A DNA stretch of 64,000 nt, taken from the NCBI GenBank assembly GCA_964016885.1, contig OZ024741.1, positions 92,008,001 through 92,072,000 on the forward strand, in the 5' to 3' direction. Below, in pieces: positions 25,345 through 40,339 of this stretch. The DNA comes from Eledone cirrhosa. Taxonomy: Eukaryota. The position numbers and the translations under genes were made by a program. The first letter of the stretch is position 1, and each line of letters begins with the position of its first letter. A model generated the notes under the pieces. It was not told where the DNA came from. It saw only the letters and a list, made by a program, of their open reading frames with translations, and ran no database searches.

Positions 25345-28300
25345 CTACAGGCTTATAAACAGAGAGGGCCCAATCACTCGAGCCATTTTCGCTTCATTCA
25401 CCCACCTTTCAGTAAATTTACTGGAGTGCAGTGCCTCTCTCTCCACCCTGATTCTCCTTCTAAAGTGATACTTAAAGAAGGGAATCAATTGTTGTCCGGA
25501 GAGAAAGGCATCTGTCCTCAGTCCTCTTAACCTCGTCCACCATATAACTTCTTTCACCATAGCTACCGTACATAGGAAAACCGCCTCTCTTTCGTTTTTG
25601 AAAGAGGCTGGCGGTTTGATCCTTACTATGGACTCGGCAGTCAACTGGATTTGTCCCATACGCGACAGCAGTTGTTCTGCATAGTTCCACAGGTCGGTTA
25701 CTCCCGGGCAGTGTACAATTGCGTGCAGGACTGTTTCAATTTCCTGCGCGCATCTTGAACACGTCTTCTTGGAAGGATCCCTGCCGGGGCGTCCGTGCCT
25801 GTAGATCTTGTCACGAACCGGTAGAGCTCCTCGGTAGCACTGCCAGGCCAGGGACCTCTGGAAGTTGTCCATAGGTCCCGGGCGGAAAGTCCTACCAAAC
25901 AGACTGGTGAGCTCATCGTCTTCGACGCCCAGAGTCTCTCCGAGCACGTCGTCGCCCTTGTAACGTACAATTCCTCTATAGAATGTCGAAGTGGAGTCTC
26001 CACTGATTGTTGCGCCAGCTTGCTAGAGAACTGTGAGCGCCTGAGCGCATTCAATGTGCCAGGCGCCCATCGTTTTCGGTCTTTTCTTCACCCAGGACTG
26101 CAGCTCCGTCAGCGAGACGAGCTGTGGGAAATCCTGTCTCACAAACGGTGCCCACACCGGTTGGGGGTCGGTGAGGAATACTTGGAGATACCGCAGCCTC
26201 AGTGCATGTTTGCGCATCATCAGCCACGGTATTCCCAGCCCTCCGTTGGAAGGGTGCTGACAGCAGACGGATCTCCTCACCAGCGCAGCCTGCTTCTTCC
26301 ACAGAAACTGGAAGAGCATGCGTTCTATCTTGGCGAGGTGTTCACGGGGACAAGGCACGACAGTCAAGTGGTAGTAGATGACGGACGCTATGAAAGTGTT
26401 CGCCACCTCCGCTCGACCTTTCAAGGACAGTTTGAACTCTGACCACTTCTGGGTGAGTGCAAACACTTTGGCCGTGACCTCGTTCCAGTTTTTCTCTACC
26501 TGGAGGTCTGGACCGAACCAGACCCCGAGTAATTTCACCGGTCCCTCCGTCCAGCGCCCAACGACGCTGTCGGACGTCATCGGTTTGCCTCTCCACGTAT
26601 CGAGTTGCAAACCGACAGACTTGTCCGAGTTTAGTTTTGCTCCCGTCAGCGTTTCGTATTCTTTCAGTAAGTTGCCGATCACCCCGATTTCCGAGGTGCT
26701 CGACACCATTACCGTCACGTCTTCGGCATAAGCCGACGCCGCTTTGCGCAGTCTCGGTTCTAGAGGGATGCCCTGCAACAGCTCCAATTTCCGCAGTAGT
26801 GGCTCTAGAGTCAATACATACAGAATGGAGGAGAGAGGTCACCTCTATCGAATGGAACGCGTGATTGCGAACGGCTCCGATAGGTAGCCGTTCACCTTGA
26901 CCCTCGAGCAGATGCTGGTGTGCATCGCCTCGATCCAGCCTCTGAAAACGGGACCGAAACCGGCCGCCTTGAGAACCGCTTCCAAGTATCGATGATCGAC
27001 CCTATCGAATGCCTTAGACTGATCCAAATTGATCAAAGCCCCACCGAAGCCGGGTTTACTACCCACCCTCTCTATGATGTATCGCATGAGCTGGAGGTTG
27101 TCGTGTATGGACCTGGCCGGGATTGCACACGTTTGCGCTTTCCCTACCAGGTTCTCGATGACAAGCGCCAACCTCGTCGCTAGCACCTTGGCCAAAATCT
27201 TTAACTCTGTGTTGAGCAGAGTTATGGGCCTGAAGTTGTTAATTTCGTCCTCCTTGTTCTCGTCTTTCCTGATCAGCGTTACTACGCCCTTGCCTGCAGA
27301 ACTGGGAATTCTCCCGTTCTGCTGCCAATTGCAGTAGACGGCTTCGAGGACGCTAGAGAACAAGTCCGGCATGCCTATGTAAAACTCATAGGGTAGACCA
27401 TCTAGACCGGGTGACTTGCGTTTCCCGCAGCGGCCCAGAGCGTCCCGTATCTCAGTGTCCGTGATTGGTCTATCGCAGAACTCGGCGTCCGTGTTCGAGA
27501 GGCGCGGCAGGCTGTCTAGGTATGAACTAAAGTTCATTGCCCCGTTCGGCTCACCGTCGTTCTGCTCAAACAGTCTCGCAAAGTGCTGCTGAAAGGCCGC
27601 GCACATTTGCTTGGGGTCAAGTAGCACGCGTCCGTTTTGATCTTTCAAAGACTTGTTGCCACTTTTTGCCACTTTTTGCCTCCGCCACTCGGGCCCAGCT
27701 GACAGCTTTCGCCCCTTCGTTTCCTAGAGCACGTGTTTTGCTTCTGACCACGCAACCTTCGTGTTTCGCATCGAAGAACTGGTCCAGTGCCGTTCGCGAC
27801 GCTAACATTCTAGCCGCGTTTCCACTTCTAAGTGGCTCCTCTACCTTGGCTATTAGTTCTCTTTCTAGTTTATTTTGCTCTAAGGCTAACTCTCTGCTAA
27901 TCCCTCTCGATTCTATTCTAATTGCTTTCTTGAGAGAGTACCACCATCTATTGTTGACGATGGCTCCTGTTAACTGTTGCTTGACTAGTCTACTTATCCG
28001 TTCACTGTAAGCTTTACGTGCCGGCAACGACACGTTCAGCTTCCAGTTTCCGGGTCCTTGTTTATGTGTCTATCACGGTTGACTAAGCAGACGACTAATT
28101 TGTGATCTGAATAGGCAACCATGTGCATTCGTGGACAGCTTAACATCTCCTTGTCCCTTTCTCTAATGAAGAACCTATCTAAATACGATCTAGATGTCCT
28201 GCTGCGGTTTGCCCACGTCCACTGTGGTGCAGTCGGGAAATCCAGTCGATACCTATCGGCCAGTTGGAATTGGCCGATTAAAGTTTTGAGGCTGTTGCAC

Positions 28301-28788
28301 CCCGCTCTACTGGGACATGCTCCCACATAGTACCATCGTGCATCTAGGATACCATTCCAGTCCCCCACTAAAAGTAAGGAGCAAGACGTTCCCAGAAAGG
28401 TCTCTAGACACTTAAAGAAGTCTGGCCGTGATTGCGATTGCCCGGTTGGGGCATAAACGGCCACCAGTCTGAAGGCTCCACCTCCAATACTGTTCACGTC
28501 TAGGACTACCAGTCTACCCTCTGGGTCCAAGTGTACTTGCTGTACTTCGACGTCTAGGTTCTTCCGAAACATGACAGCCACTCCAACCCCACCTCCTGGC
28601 TGACAGAGAGATGCGTAGATCTCGAAGTCGTCGAAGATGGGGGTTAGTTGCTGCCTGTTGTGGATCCTGGACTCGGTGATGGCTATCACATCCATATTTT
28701 GTGACCTAAGGTCGTTTAAAAGTTGGCCCTGTTTCCAGGGCATCCCTAGGCCACGCACATTCACGCTTCCAACTCGTAAACTAGCCAT
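25345..28788 (-). pseudogene. LINE ORF2 (APE endonuclease, RT, C-terminal zinc finger)
   Basis: SVNVRGL, ITES, VYAP, GDWN, YLDRF, SDHK; KSPGLDG, FRPITLLN, LDQSKAFDRV, RQGCP mutated to R*R*P, YAED; GGLG; CSRC..H..C. Frameshifts near 28050 and 27665 (10-bp duplication). Confidence 0.95.
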
Positions 28789-28829
28789 GTTGGTGAAGAA
28801 GAGTTGGAGAAAAAGGGCGAAAGGTGCAC

Positions 28830-30747
28830 TTACCTTTTCGTTTCCTGGAGATCGGGTTGTTCAATCTCCATTTGGGTGCCGGATGGGTTGTTGGGTGGGG
28901 TGGGGAAACATTTTAACAGGACGCGGTTGATGGGTTTCTGGCAGGGGTTGCCCACGTCCTGTGAACATTTATTTTTTAGGTCATTATAGGTTTCTATAGA
29001 AAGGCTTATAAGTTTAAGGTGTGGAGACGATTCTGCCTTGACAAAAGTTTTGCCCTCCATCTCCACCTTGGGGTTTTGGGAGATGACCTCCATCAAATTC
29101 TTGTTGTTTGTGTTGATGTATGCGTATTGTTGTTTGTGTTTTTGTTGTGTTGTTTTAGTTTGTTGTTCGTCCGGGAGTTTTCTTTTTATGGTGGGTGCTT
29201 GTGTTTGGGGTGGTGTTGGTTTTGGTTTTGCTGATAGGGGGATGTTTGACTGTGGTGTTGTTTGTGTTGTTGTTTGTGTCTGTGGTTGTGTGTTGGTGTT
29301 GGTGATTGGAGTTTTGGGGGTGTTGTGGTGTCTCTTTTTTTTGTTTTTTAGATTTCCTCGGCTCTCTCCCTTCTTCACTTAAAGAAGAAGCAGCTTCATC
29401 TGTCGATGAATAATCATCGTCAGGTGTATGGGGTAGGGGTATGTTGTGTGGTGGTAGTGTTTCGGTGTGTGTGTTTGTGGTAGTGTTTGATGGAGTGGGA
29501 TGGGTGGGGCTGTGTTCTTCAGGGGTGTTGTCTCTGTTTTTTCTGTTGTTGTTGGTTGGGTGTCTGTTTGTTTTGGTGTGGTTGCTCGTTTCGTCTGTCG
29601 TTGTAATTGTGGTGGTGGTGGTTGTTTTGTTGTTGGTGTTGGTAATAATGTTTTTTTAATGATGTTGTTGTTGTGTATTTGTGAAGGACAAGAGGATTTT
29701 AGGTGTGCTGTGCTACCACAGCGAAAGCAATGAAATTTTCGTCCTTCTACCGAAATGTTTATTTTGTTGTTATCATCGATGACGACTCTTTCGGGTATTT
29801 TGGAGATTCTCTTCGGCCTCATTTGCAACAGAATCTCCAAATCAGTACCCGCCCACCTTTGTCGAATAGACTTTCGAATCGAAAGAATCATATCAGTTTC
29901 TGGCTCTACAAAGCCAGCCAAGATCCACCAGATGTTAATGTTTGGGGGTATATATATATATTTTTTTTTTTTGTGTCCTTTTTCCCATGTATGTAGGGAA
30001 AAAGGTGAATGCTTTTGACACCTTTGGTGTCACAGAATTTTTTTGGGGGCGAGTCCCTCGCTTTTAAACAGTACGGAAACACTTCCGTACTGTTTTCCTC
30101 GTTGGAGAAAATCGATATTTGCTAGAATTTCCTTGAAAGTAGCTTCTATGTCTGCTTGACTAACAAATATCGGCTTTCTCGTGGAATTGGACACAGTCCT
30201 AAAGGTGACTGATCTTCGAACTGTGTCTTCCTTTATTTCAAGGGGTGAGTTAATTCTAAACCCACCTTTCTCTTCGAAAGTTACAAATTTTCTCCCTTGC
30301 TGGAGCATATCTCTTGCATTGGAGATGTCAAAATTTATAAAGTCTTGTTTTTTGTTCGCAGTTTCAGCGAAAGACATTTTCTTTTTTTTGTGTGGTGTTG
30401 CTGTTGTTGTTGTTGTTATCGTTGTTAGCCTCGGTGTTGGAAATCTCAGTTCCTTGACGAGGTGAAACTTTATGTGTAGATGTATATGTGGAGTTGTTGA
30501 TGTCTTTTTCATGTGAATGTATGTTAATAGGTTTAATTTCTGTGTTTTCATGTGAGTTAGTGTTATTTTTCTCCGCTTCGACGGTAGAAATTGTACAATT
30601 TTCGAGTGGTAACATTTTTTCCTCTTTGTTGACAGTCGTATCTATGGCGACGTCCATGGTAGCAGAAGCAGATATAACGTTAAAATCTGCCTCTTTCTCT
30701 CTCTTTTCTCTATTGACGTTCTCCAATGTTCCCTTCGTGTTATTCAT
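28830..30747 (-). pseudogene. LINE ORF1 (gag-like, zinc knuckle)
   Basis: Consecutive broken ORFs directly upstream of ORF2; SFAE, VEGRKFHCFRCGSTAHLKSSCP (CCHC knuckle), T/P/Q-rich tail. Confidence 0.8.
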
Positions 30748-30985
30748 GTTTTATTGTTTGCAAAATTTGATATTTTAAAACAATTTTTAAATTAAATTTT
30801 CGCCCCTAAGGGGCAAAAAATGGGATTACGACCCAGCTGACAATTCAGCTTGGGGGTTAATATACAAAATAATATGTTTTTTCAAACAATTTGTTCTGTT
30901 TTTCGTATATAAATTTACAAAAAATCTTACCGGCGATGTTCCACGCGTCAGGCAGAAAGAGAGATATATTTCTTTATTTCTTTCT

Positions 30986-31028
<43 letters not shown>

Positions 31029-34000
31029 TTCATTTCTTTTTTAGATAGATATATAGATAGATACACAGGTGGACAAATAGATGGATAGACAGATAGACGA
31101 AAAGACAGGAAGACGAATAGACAGAAACAGGAATAGACAGTTAAATAAACAGGCCGATTCGTGTGTTCGTTATGAATAGAAATTCAATATGCTTCTCTTA
31201 CTTCAAGGTCTAATTTCAATGTATATATGAATATATTGGAGTTGAACTTGTCTAGCTAGTGACTTAATCTCAGACCGTCGGTCAGACTGGTGCTTCCTTT
31301 TATCAACGCCGGAAGGATAACAAGTAAAGTTGAACTCGGCGGGACTTTAGCTCAGAAAATAAAGAGCCTAACCCTAACCACAAATATTTGTCCGTCGCTC
31401 TAAAAATTATGCCAAAATTCAATTGCACTTACACTACCAAATATCAATAATATATTGCAATAGGTTGTCAAAAGCCATGCCAAATCTGACGCATTATGTT
31501 TGGAGATCTCCAAATATTTTATCTACACAAGAAAATATTCACAGCATTATACATTATAATTTAAGCAACATCTACTGCAGACTATGCAGGATAAGTAAAC
31601 TGACTAACTGGACATATGCCCAGATATTCAAATATCTGGATTTTTGCATTCAAATATTTTCAATTCTCGCTAAATCTCAGTGCATTGTTGAAACCACTTT
31701 TATATCATTTTCTAGCTGTTTAAGTATCCTGAACTCAACCTTTTCAGGAAATATAACAATCAATATTTGTTTATCTTCTCGCGAGATAAGTAGTCAACAC
31801 TCCTTTAGCAGAGTGCAACGTTCCTGTTATGTTTCAATGAGAATTTGATTTATAACAAGATAATGTTTGAACAAAGAAGAAACATTTCAGATAACGGATT
31901 AAAAGCTTTTGCTTGATATATTATTATTCTCTCTATGCTAATAAAATATAACTATTTTCTCTGATATTCTATCATTAACTTGAGATAGTATTGATTTATT
32001 TTGACAGGAACAAATTTTGAAAAGAGCTGTGTGGTAGTAAATTGAGACAACGCCGCCACCACCCTCATATGCATATGTGGAGTATATAATGCAAATGTTT
32101 GGCATTTAAAGGCTCAAAATTGTTTAATAGCCTTCCAAAATTAGTAGGTTATGTCCTCTGAAATGTTTAAAGGTTATCTAGATAAACTACTTTCTAGAAT
32201 TCCGGGTCACTCATCTAAAGAGTTAAAACTAGAATAGACTACACTTCAAAAGTTAGCATGAATTCCAGCTAGCAATGCAGTGGATTTAGGTATAAACTAA
32301 ACAGAATTCAACTAAGGAATTGATAGGATCTCTCAAACTTTGGAATTTTTTATTTTATGTTTGTTTTTTGGTTTTATTTTTGCTTTGTTTTGTTTTTTAC
32401 TTGGGCTTTTTTTTTTTCTTGCGTTCATTATAGCATTATTTTAAATTATATTTAAGTTATGGTGACAGTTTTTCATTAAAAAATACGCCGAGAATAAGTC
32501 CTCAATGCATTTCGAACGAAGCAAATGTTATTTTTTGTGGGCCTCACAAACCTCATTTGGTCATTCCATGCGAGTATCTTAGTCAGCCTATGTACGTTTT
32601 AGTCGACCCTCATCATTTGCATAACACGCATTCATAATTAATGATTTCTTATATAGGTACAAGGCCAGCAATTTTGGGGGAAAGTCGATTGAATCGACCC
32701 CAGTGCGTGACTGGTGCTTTATTTTATCGACCCGGTAAGGATGATAGGCAAAGTTAACCTCGGCGGGATTTGAACTCAGATCATAAAGGGCCGTAACACT
32801 ATGCTGCAAAGCATGGCGTCCGACCCTCTACCGATACTGCCAATCCGCCGCCCTACACGGATTCATAATTAATTGAATAATAAATATTTATTCATAATAC
32901 AGCGTAAAATAGAAGATCTAACAGTTTTTAAATTATAAGCTTACTGTAAAAATATAAAAGTTCAGCCATACTTATGCCATCCTCTTGGTAGACAGTAAAA
33001 CGTAAAATATTGTCTTTACACGTTTAACAGTGAGTTCACTGTTCACTAGAAGTCTTACGCTTCCACACACATGAAGAATTGATAGTCGGTCTCTATTTAA
33101 ATATAAGCAAAACCTTAACACAAATGACTACTCTAATTTGCATAACGTGCATTCCTTTAGCGTAATGTACTGTATGTAATTTTACAAAATAAAGACAAAA
33201 TAAATTATATCTGTGTGTATGTGGGTGTGCGCGTGCGTGTTGTGTGTGGGGGTGTTGGTTGGGGGTTGTGTGTGTGTGCGAGTGTGTGAGTATGTGTGTG
33301 TGTGTGTGTGTTGTGTGTGTGTGTGGGTGTTGTATGTGTGGGTGTTGTGTGTGTGTGTGTGTGTGTGTGTGTGAGAGACACAACTGTATCTGTTTCGTTT
33401 CCCTCTGTTTCTACGTTTTGTAATTTATAGCCGTTTGCTAGGTGAGATAATTGTGTTCTCTTTTGAACAAAACTATGCATTTGTAAATAAAATGAAATTA
33501 TATAAATAAATGTTATTAAATTAATCTGTTTTAATATATATTTTTCACGTAAGTTATCACAGAAATCGCCTGGAAAATATACAATGAAAAATGTGAATAT
33601 ATATGATAATGAGAATCCAATTATACAACTTCAAAGAAATTGTTGTCATTTTTAAAGCACGCGACTATGTTAACTTTTATTGTTCTGTACCACATGCAGC
33701 CACATTACTTTTGAAGAGTATAAAACACCACTATGGTAGCAGCGCATTAAAAATAAGGTTGTTCCTTTAATACTGCATTTTTTTAAAGTAAATAATTTCT
33801 TCTTTGGGCGCAAGGCCAGCAATTTCCCCAGTGCATTACTGGTGCTTTATATTACTGGTGCTATATTTTATTGATCCCGTAAGGATGAAAGGCAAAGTTA
33901 ACCTCGGCAGGATTTGAACTCAGACCATAAAGGGCCGTAACTCTATGCTGCAAAGCATGGCCTCCGACCCTCTACCGATACTGCCAATCCTGTCTTTACA

Positions 34001-34608
34001 CTAATGCTGCAAACTCACACAATGATCTGTCCTCTAGTAAAGACACTATAAACATTTGAATTAAACACAGGAGCAAAACATTTTTGAAAAATACAAAAGA
34101 ACAGTATGACTGCATTACAAATATCTTTACGCTAATACTGCAAGTTTTTACAGCAATCTGTCTACTTGTAAAATCACTATAAACATTTGAATTGACACAC
34201 CATATGAACACCATATGAAACCACACCAGTGCTTGAAAAGCACTATGATAGAATCATATTAAGTTTTTACATTAATATTGCAAAGTTTCACGAGAATGTG
34301 TCAATCAGTAAAGATACTATAAACATTTGAGTTAACAAACCCATTTTTAGATATTTTCTGCTAAATCATAACAGGATGTTAATAGTTAATGAACAACTAC
34401 ACATACATAACATGTTTAGCATTGTTGGCTACATCTAATTAAATACTAAACTTCTTACTCAAATGCTTTTTGGGCCACCACCACACTCACGGCCACGTAA
34501 CACCCTCAGCACCCTCATCCCTATTTCCAGAGAGACCTGCCATTACACAAATTGTAAATAATATATTATAAATAAGATCATTAATTTTATATAATAAATA
34601 ATATAATA

Positions 34609-35852
34609 TTGGAGTGGCAAGAAAGTAATTTCGCTTTTTGCAAATAGAGTTAGGATTTTTTTGAATGACTTTTGTCAATGTTATGAATTCTTCCTTTTGA
34701 CATTTCATAGCCGTTACTTTTAGCTTACTTTAGAAGCAAATTGTGCGTAATTTTGTTTACAGCTGTTAGTTCAGTGTCAAACATGGGGTGCAAAAACGAA
34801 CATTTTCGCCATATTTTGCTTTTTTATTTCCGTAAAGGCAAGAAAGTTGCTGAGGCTCACAAAGAGATATGTGAACTTTATGGTGTTGATTGCTTAACAG
34901 AACGAACATGTCAGAAACGGTTTTAAAAATTCCGTTCTGGAGATTTTTCACCCAAAGATGACCAACGTTCTAGTCGACCTATTGAATTTGATGATGACCG
35001 AATCAAATCCATAATTGAATCTTATTTCATATAACTGTGCGAGAGATTGCAGAAAGGTTAAATGTATTACACACAACAATTGAAAATCACTTAAAATGTC
35101 TTGGACTCGTTAAGAAGCTTGATATTTGGGTTCCACATAAATTGAAAGAGATTCACTTAACACAATGAATATATTTGCGATATGCATCTCAAACGCGATG
35201 AAATCGACCTCTTTTTTTAATGAATCATCACTGGTGATGAAAATGGATTGTCTACAATAACATCAATCGAAAACAATCATGGTCCAGGCGTAATGAACCA
35301 GCACAAACCACATCGAAAGCTGAATTGCATCAAAAAAAGGTCTTGCTGTCAATTTGGTGGGATTATAAAAGTGTTGTGTATTTTGAGCTGCTTCCAAAGA
35401 ACCAAACGATCAATTCAGATGTTTACTGTCAACAACTAATGAAACTGAAGGAAGCAATCAAAGAAAAACGGCCAGAATTGGCAAATCGTAAGGAATCACC
35501 ATGACAACGCTAGACCACACACGTCTTTGCTAACTCATGAAAATTTATTGGAGCTTGGTTGGGAAGTGATGTCACATCCACCATATAGCCCTGACCTTGC
35601 ACCATCAGATTACTATTTATTTAGAAGTTTGCAAAATTCTTTGAATGGTAAAACTTTCAATAATGATGATGACCTGAAATCGCACATGCTTCAGTTTGGG
35701 GCTGATAAGGACCAGATCCCGGAATCATGAAGTTGCCAGAAATATGGCAAAAGGTCATCGAACAAAATGGGAAATATATAATTGATTAAAGTTCATTCTT
35801 TGTATGAAAAAAAAATGACTAAAAAACCAAAATTACTTTCTTGCCAAATCAA
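34609..35852 (+). mobile_element. Mariner transposon, full length, decayed
   Basis: TA|TTGGAGTGGCAAGAAAGTAATTT ... AAATTACTTTCTTGCCAAATCAA|TA; ~1.24 kb. Confidence 0.92.
34782..35789 (+). pseudogene. Mariner DD34D transposase
   Basis: EHFRHILLFYFRKG, WVPHKL, ITGDE, HHDNARPH, HPPYSPDLAPSDYYLFRSL; several stops and frameshifts. Confidence 0.92.
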
Positions 35853-36540
35853 TATATATATATACTATGTATAAATAAATATTATATATATTTTTTTTAT
35901 TTTACTATATTTATATATATGTATCATTTGATATTTAATTGACATGTACTATTATATCATATATATACAATATTATAATAATGTTATAAATAATAAATTA
36001 AAGGCGTCCCCCACCATCCCCTTAGGCCTCAGCGCCCCACTGAACCTTCTCAACGCCTTCCGGGTGGCGGAAGCACCCATTTTGAGAACCTCCGATTTAA
36101 ATTAACAATTCCGACTTTAGATATTTTCTTCTAAATCATTACAGAATGTTACAAGTTACTATTTTAATATTTGTATGATAATGTGAATTTATTAATTTGT
36201 TCTCATCCAGGAAGTTGGCAATATTTATTAAATTCTTTCATGAATCAGTAATCTCAAATTATCAGTTATAATCACTGAGCGATTATATTTGGTGATTGCA
36301 GGGCTATAAAAAAAGATAATTATTCTCTTAATGCTGTGGGTTAATTGAAACTAAAATTATCACAGGAAAAATAATTAGCTTCGTAATAAATACCGAAGAT
36401 ATACTTGCTAGTGGAAACAAAATTTCTAAATGCATAGAAATAGTCCCATAAATACATACATACATACATACATACATACATGCATACATACATGCATACA
36501 TACATACATACATACATACATACATACATACATACATACA

Positions 36541-36571
<31 letters not shown>

Positions 36572-36899
36572 GCACATGCACACATACAACTCAAAACATC
36601 TACATCCACACATACAATAACATCCATACCTGCACACACATGCATGCAGACATGCAGACATATCTACCTAGTTGATGTTGTGTAAATTCCAATGAGAGGG
36701 TCTTGCATCTATGTTAGAAACCGACTCTCTCTCTATTGGTAAAAAAAATTTGTAAAATTATAAAACCAGAACATACATACATGCATACATACAGGATGCC
36801 TGCAAACTCTGCTACAAGTATTGCAATCGCTTGTCAGATTATAGAAACTGGTGCACTTTTAGGATACGGCCGTCCACACGAACCTGTAACAGATCCTGA

Positions 36900-37333
36900 A
36901 CAAGCAATGCCTGTGCTTTGAAAGGTTTTTTAAGTGAGGAAAGGCCTTGCACACGACCAATCCCACTCTCTGAACATCGAAAACACTGCCCGAAAAGGAG
37001 AACTGGTCAACATCATCGGATGCTTCCGATGCTGCAGGTTTTGTTGTTGTTTTTTTCAGAGTTTCTCTCTCCTAGAAAGATGTTATGACAACAACTGGGA
37101 GCCTTTCACTCCCAGGTGAAAAAAAATGTACTAGTACTATTTGGATGGCCGTTGACTCTGTTGAGTTCCTCCACCCTTTTCCTGGTCTTGTATCTCATCC
37201 CGTAGGGTGTGCAAATATTACCCTCCTCACCAAACAAGCTTGGTAGGGTTGCCGGTTTAGTCGCCGACGACCCGACCATGAGACAGGTTGTATTGGGTTA
37301 CATGTTACCAGTAGCACTCGTGAGTGACCTGAC
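36900..37333 (-). mobile_element. RTE-type 5' end fragment inserted in (CATA)n
   Basis: Homologous to 8045-8345 and to the region upstream of the RTE ORF at 60094. Confidence 0.5.
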
Positions 37334-37705
37334 ATACATACATTCATACATACATACATACATGCATACATACATACATACATACATACATACATACATA
37401 CATACATACATACATACATACATACATACACTCATTCATACACACAGCGCCCAGCCGGTATATGTGAGATACGGGGTTCGATTCCTCGTAGCAGCTAATG
37501 ACAACTACTTTTTCCGTCTTTATGAGTCTTTATCCTATTTTATAAAATATCTTTTTAGCATTTCTGCTCATGAGCATACCACTCTTGATATTTATATTTG
37601 CCAATAGGCAGCATGACCCTCCCAAAGTATAACAATGTTTGTTTCAACACACGTTTTCAGATAAGAAATCTTGCAAATCATACAAAAACGAAGTATATAT
37701 ATATA

Positions 37706-37772
<67 letters not shown>

Positions 37773-37776
37773 AGAC

Positions 37777-37811
<35 letters not shown>

Positions 37812-39208
37812 AATGAGGAATATGTGGAAAATATGCCCATGGCCTTTGCCGTGTCTCAAAATCTAAGAGATCGACGCGGTTTATAAAGTTCATTTTGTCG
37901 ACTTTACCCGGAATCATAATCCGAATACACACCAACTACTACTGCTAATAACACTAATACTAATAATAATACTAATGCTGTCATACAACGCGTTTTACTT
38001 CTGCTTCGAAACAAAAGATCAAAAGCAAAAAAATCATAATAATATGTCGACCTCCAGTACTTTACTGAAAGCACGTGACTTAGAGGTTAGGATGTTAGAT
38101 TCACGATCAAAAACTTGTAGGCTCGATTCCTTAACCGGACAATGCATTTTCTTATTGAGTTATACGCTTCATTTCAGGTTTCTTTTCACAATAGAACTGG
38201 AGCAGGATTTGAACTCGAGACATATTAGACCGTAACTAAATACTGAAAATTATTTTGTCTAACAATTCTACCAATCAACGGTCATACACAACGAAATGCA
38301 TTAGCCATTATTATCTTGCTTAATTTAAATTTACATTCATTTAAATCAATTACAATAATTTTCTTTTACTAACAAATCATTCGGAATTTACATCTTTTAA
38401 AAAGACATAAAACGAAAGATCGCCAAATAATATTTACAATGTAAAATTTTGTTTCCACAAAATTGTTTCAATTTGTAACACATATCATAGCAAGTGACCT
38501 TGACAACGTAGAGAAATATTGGAGTATGGTCGACGTCGTTATGATCAGGCGCTGATAATGATGATGGTGATGGTAGTAGTGATACTGGTCGTGATAACAG
38601 TGAAGATGATGATTGATAGTGCTGATGGTGATAATAGTCGTCACCGTAATCTTCGTCATTGTCGTCGTAGTAAGTGCAATGATGGCGGCAGTGGTGGTAG
38701 TGATGAGGATAATGATGAAGATGATGATAGAGATGATAGGGTGATGATAACGGTGGTCCTAGTGATGCCGAAACTGATAAGGGTGATGATGGCCATGATA
38801 ATGATCATATCATGATTATGATGATCATGAAGGTATTGGTGGTGATGAGGAGGAGGAGGAGGAGGAGGAGGAGGAGGAGGACATCATTGTTGTTAGTACC
38901 AATAAGTGATGTTATTCTCACTGTCACTAACAGCAAGACATTAATCAATATATATTTCCATTTAATATTTATCTCGATATATTTACTCTGGTCACAAGAG
39001 ACATACGGTCAGTAACTTAATGACAGGACTTCTGTCAGAGAAATTGCTCATATCACATTAGATCACTTCAGATCAGATGGTGAATTGCTCGGATTCTAAT
39101 TAAACGGTGGTTTTATAAAGAGGCTGTGTAAATATGTATAACCCACAGATGTGCATAATTTCATTGATCTATTAGTGAACCATGTGTGTATGTAAATGTG
39201 TGTGTGAA

Positions 39209-39240
<32 letters not shown>

Positions 39241-40339
39241 GGTGTGTGTGTGTGTGCGTGAGTGTGCGTGTGTGAGTGTATGTTATGACGACGAGTGCTT
39301 AATCGTGAAATTAACGTGCCAGTGGTTGAATACCCTTAATGTAGTTCTCAGGCAAATGGAGAGTTGACACGAGCTACATGAAATAAAGTGCCTTGCTCAA
39401 AGCACAACACATCGCTGGAAATCAAACTCAGGATCCTATAAACGTGAGCCGACCAACCTAACCACTAAGTTACGTGCCTTCATAACCAACAGTATCAACA
39501 ATATAATCACCAATCGAAACATAGATTGCTTGGACTGATATGACGACTAGCTTCTTTCCTTCTTATTTTTCTTCTTCATTTTCAAGTTTCTCTCACTACA
39601 ATATATATTGTATGCATGGAACTGTAACTCCTGGTGGAGTCGTAGAGATGCCATAGTGGCATACGCCGTGACTTGAACACTTTTTTAAACCTGACCGAAT
39701 CCATCCTCTTTGCTTGTTTGGTGACAGAAAAGGATAGAGAGTAAGTGAGAAAGAGATAGGGGAAGAATCGAACTTAGTACTTGAGCAGTTTTGTATCGGC
39801 CTCGAAAGGATAATAGGTAGGATTTGAATTCAGTGCGAACGGAGCCGAAACGAATACCGAAAATCATTATATCCGATGTTCTAAAATTCGCTGCCTACAG
39901 CATGTATTAAATTTCTGTAAATGTATTAACGTTTATATATTTCTGTATAGAAATATCCAGCTAATATTCCTATTTTCTCAATTAAACAACATCATTGCTT
40001 TTATAATTTTCAATAATTTTTCACTCTCAATCCAAAAGTCACAGGAAAATTAATCCACACATAAATATCACAGTAATTTATCTAAAACAGGAAATGTATA
40101 AGGAAAAACAGTGAAGACATTTTAATTTAGAATTAAATCTTTTTTCGTAGCCAACTGAGTGATTTCTTTCTGTTACAGTTTTTTCCGGTGATTATATATT
40201 TTTGATCATCATTACTATCTATCAATTATGTTGAAGAAATATAGTGAATACAGGAATGTAACCATTCGATTTTTGTTTCCTAGGTGGATTAAAAAAAACG
40301 TTGATGATTTACATAAATTTCAACTGAGTATTTAAGTCT

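Larger units (their letters stand above)
25113..30960 (-). mobile_element. Apparently full-length Tx1/L1-clade LINE, disrupted
   Basis: ORF1 + ORF2; 3' end GCCCTTGTGGCTAATAAAGAA followed by (ATCT)n; 5' boundary approximate. Confidence 0.9.

Noticed and set aside
31423-31848. 141-aa ORF
   Set aside because: No recognisable motif, non-ATG start, no exon support.
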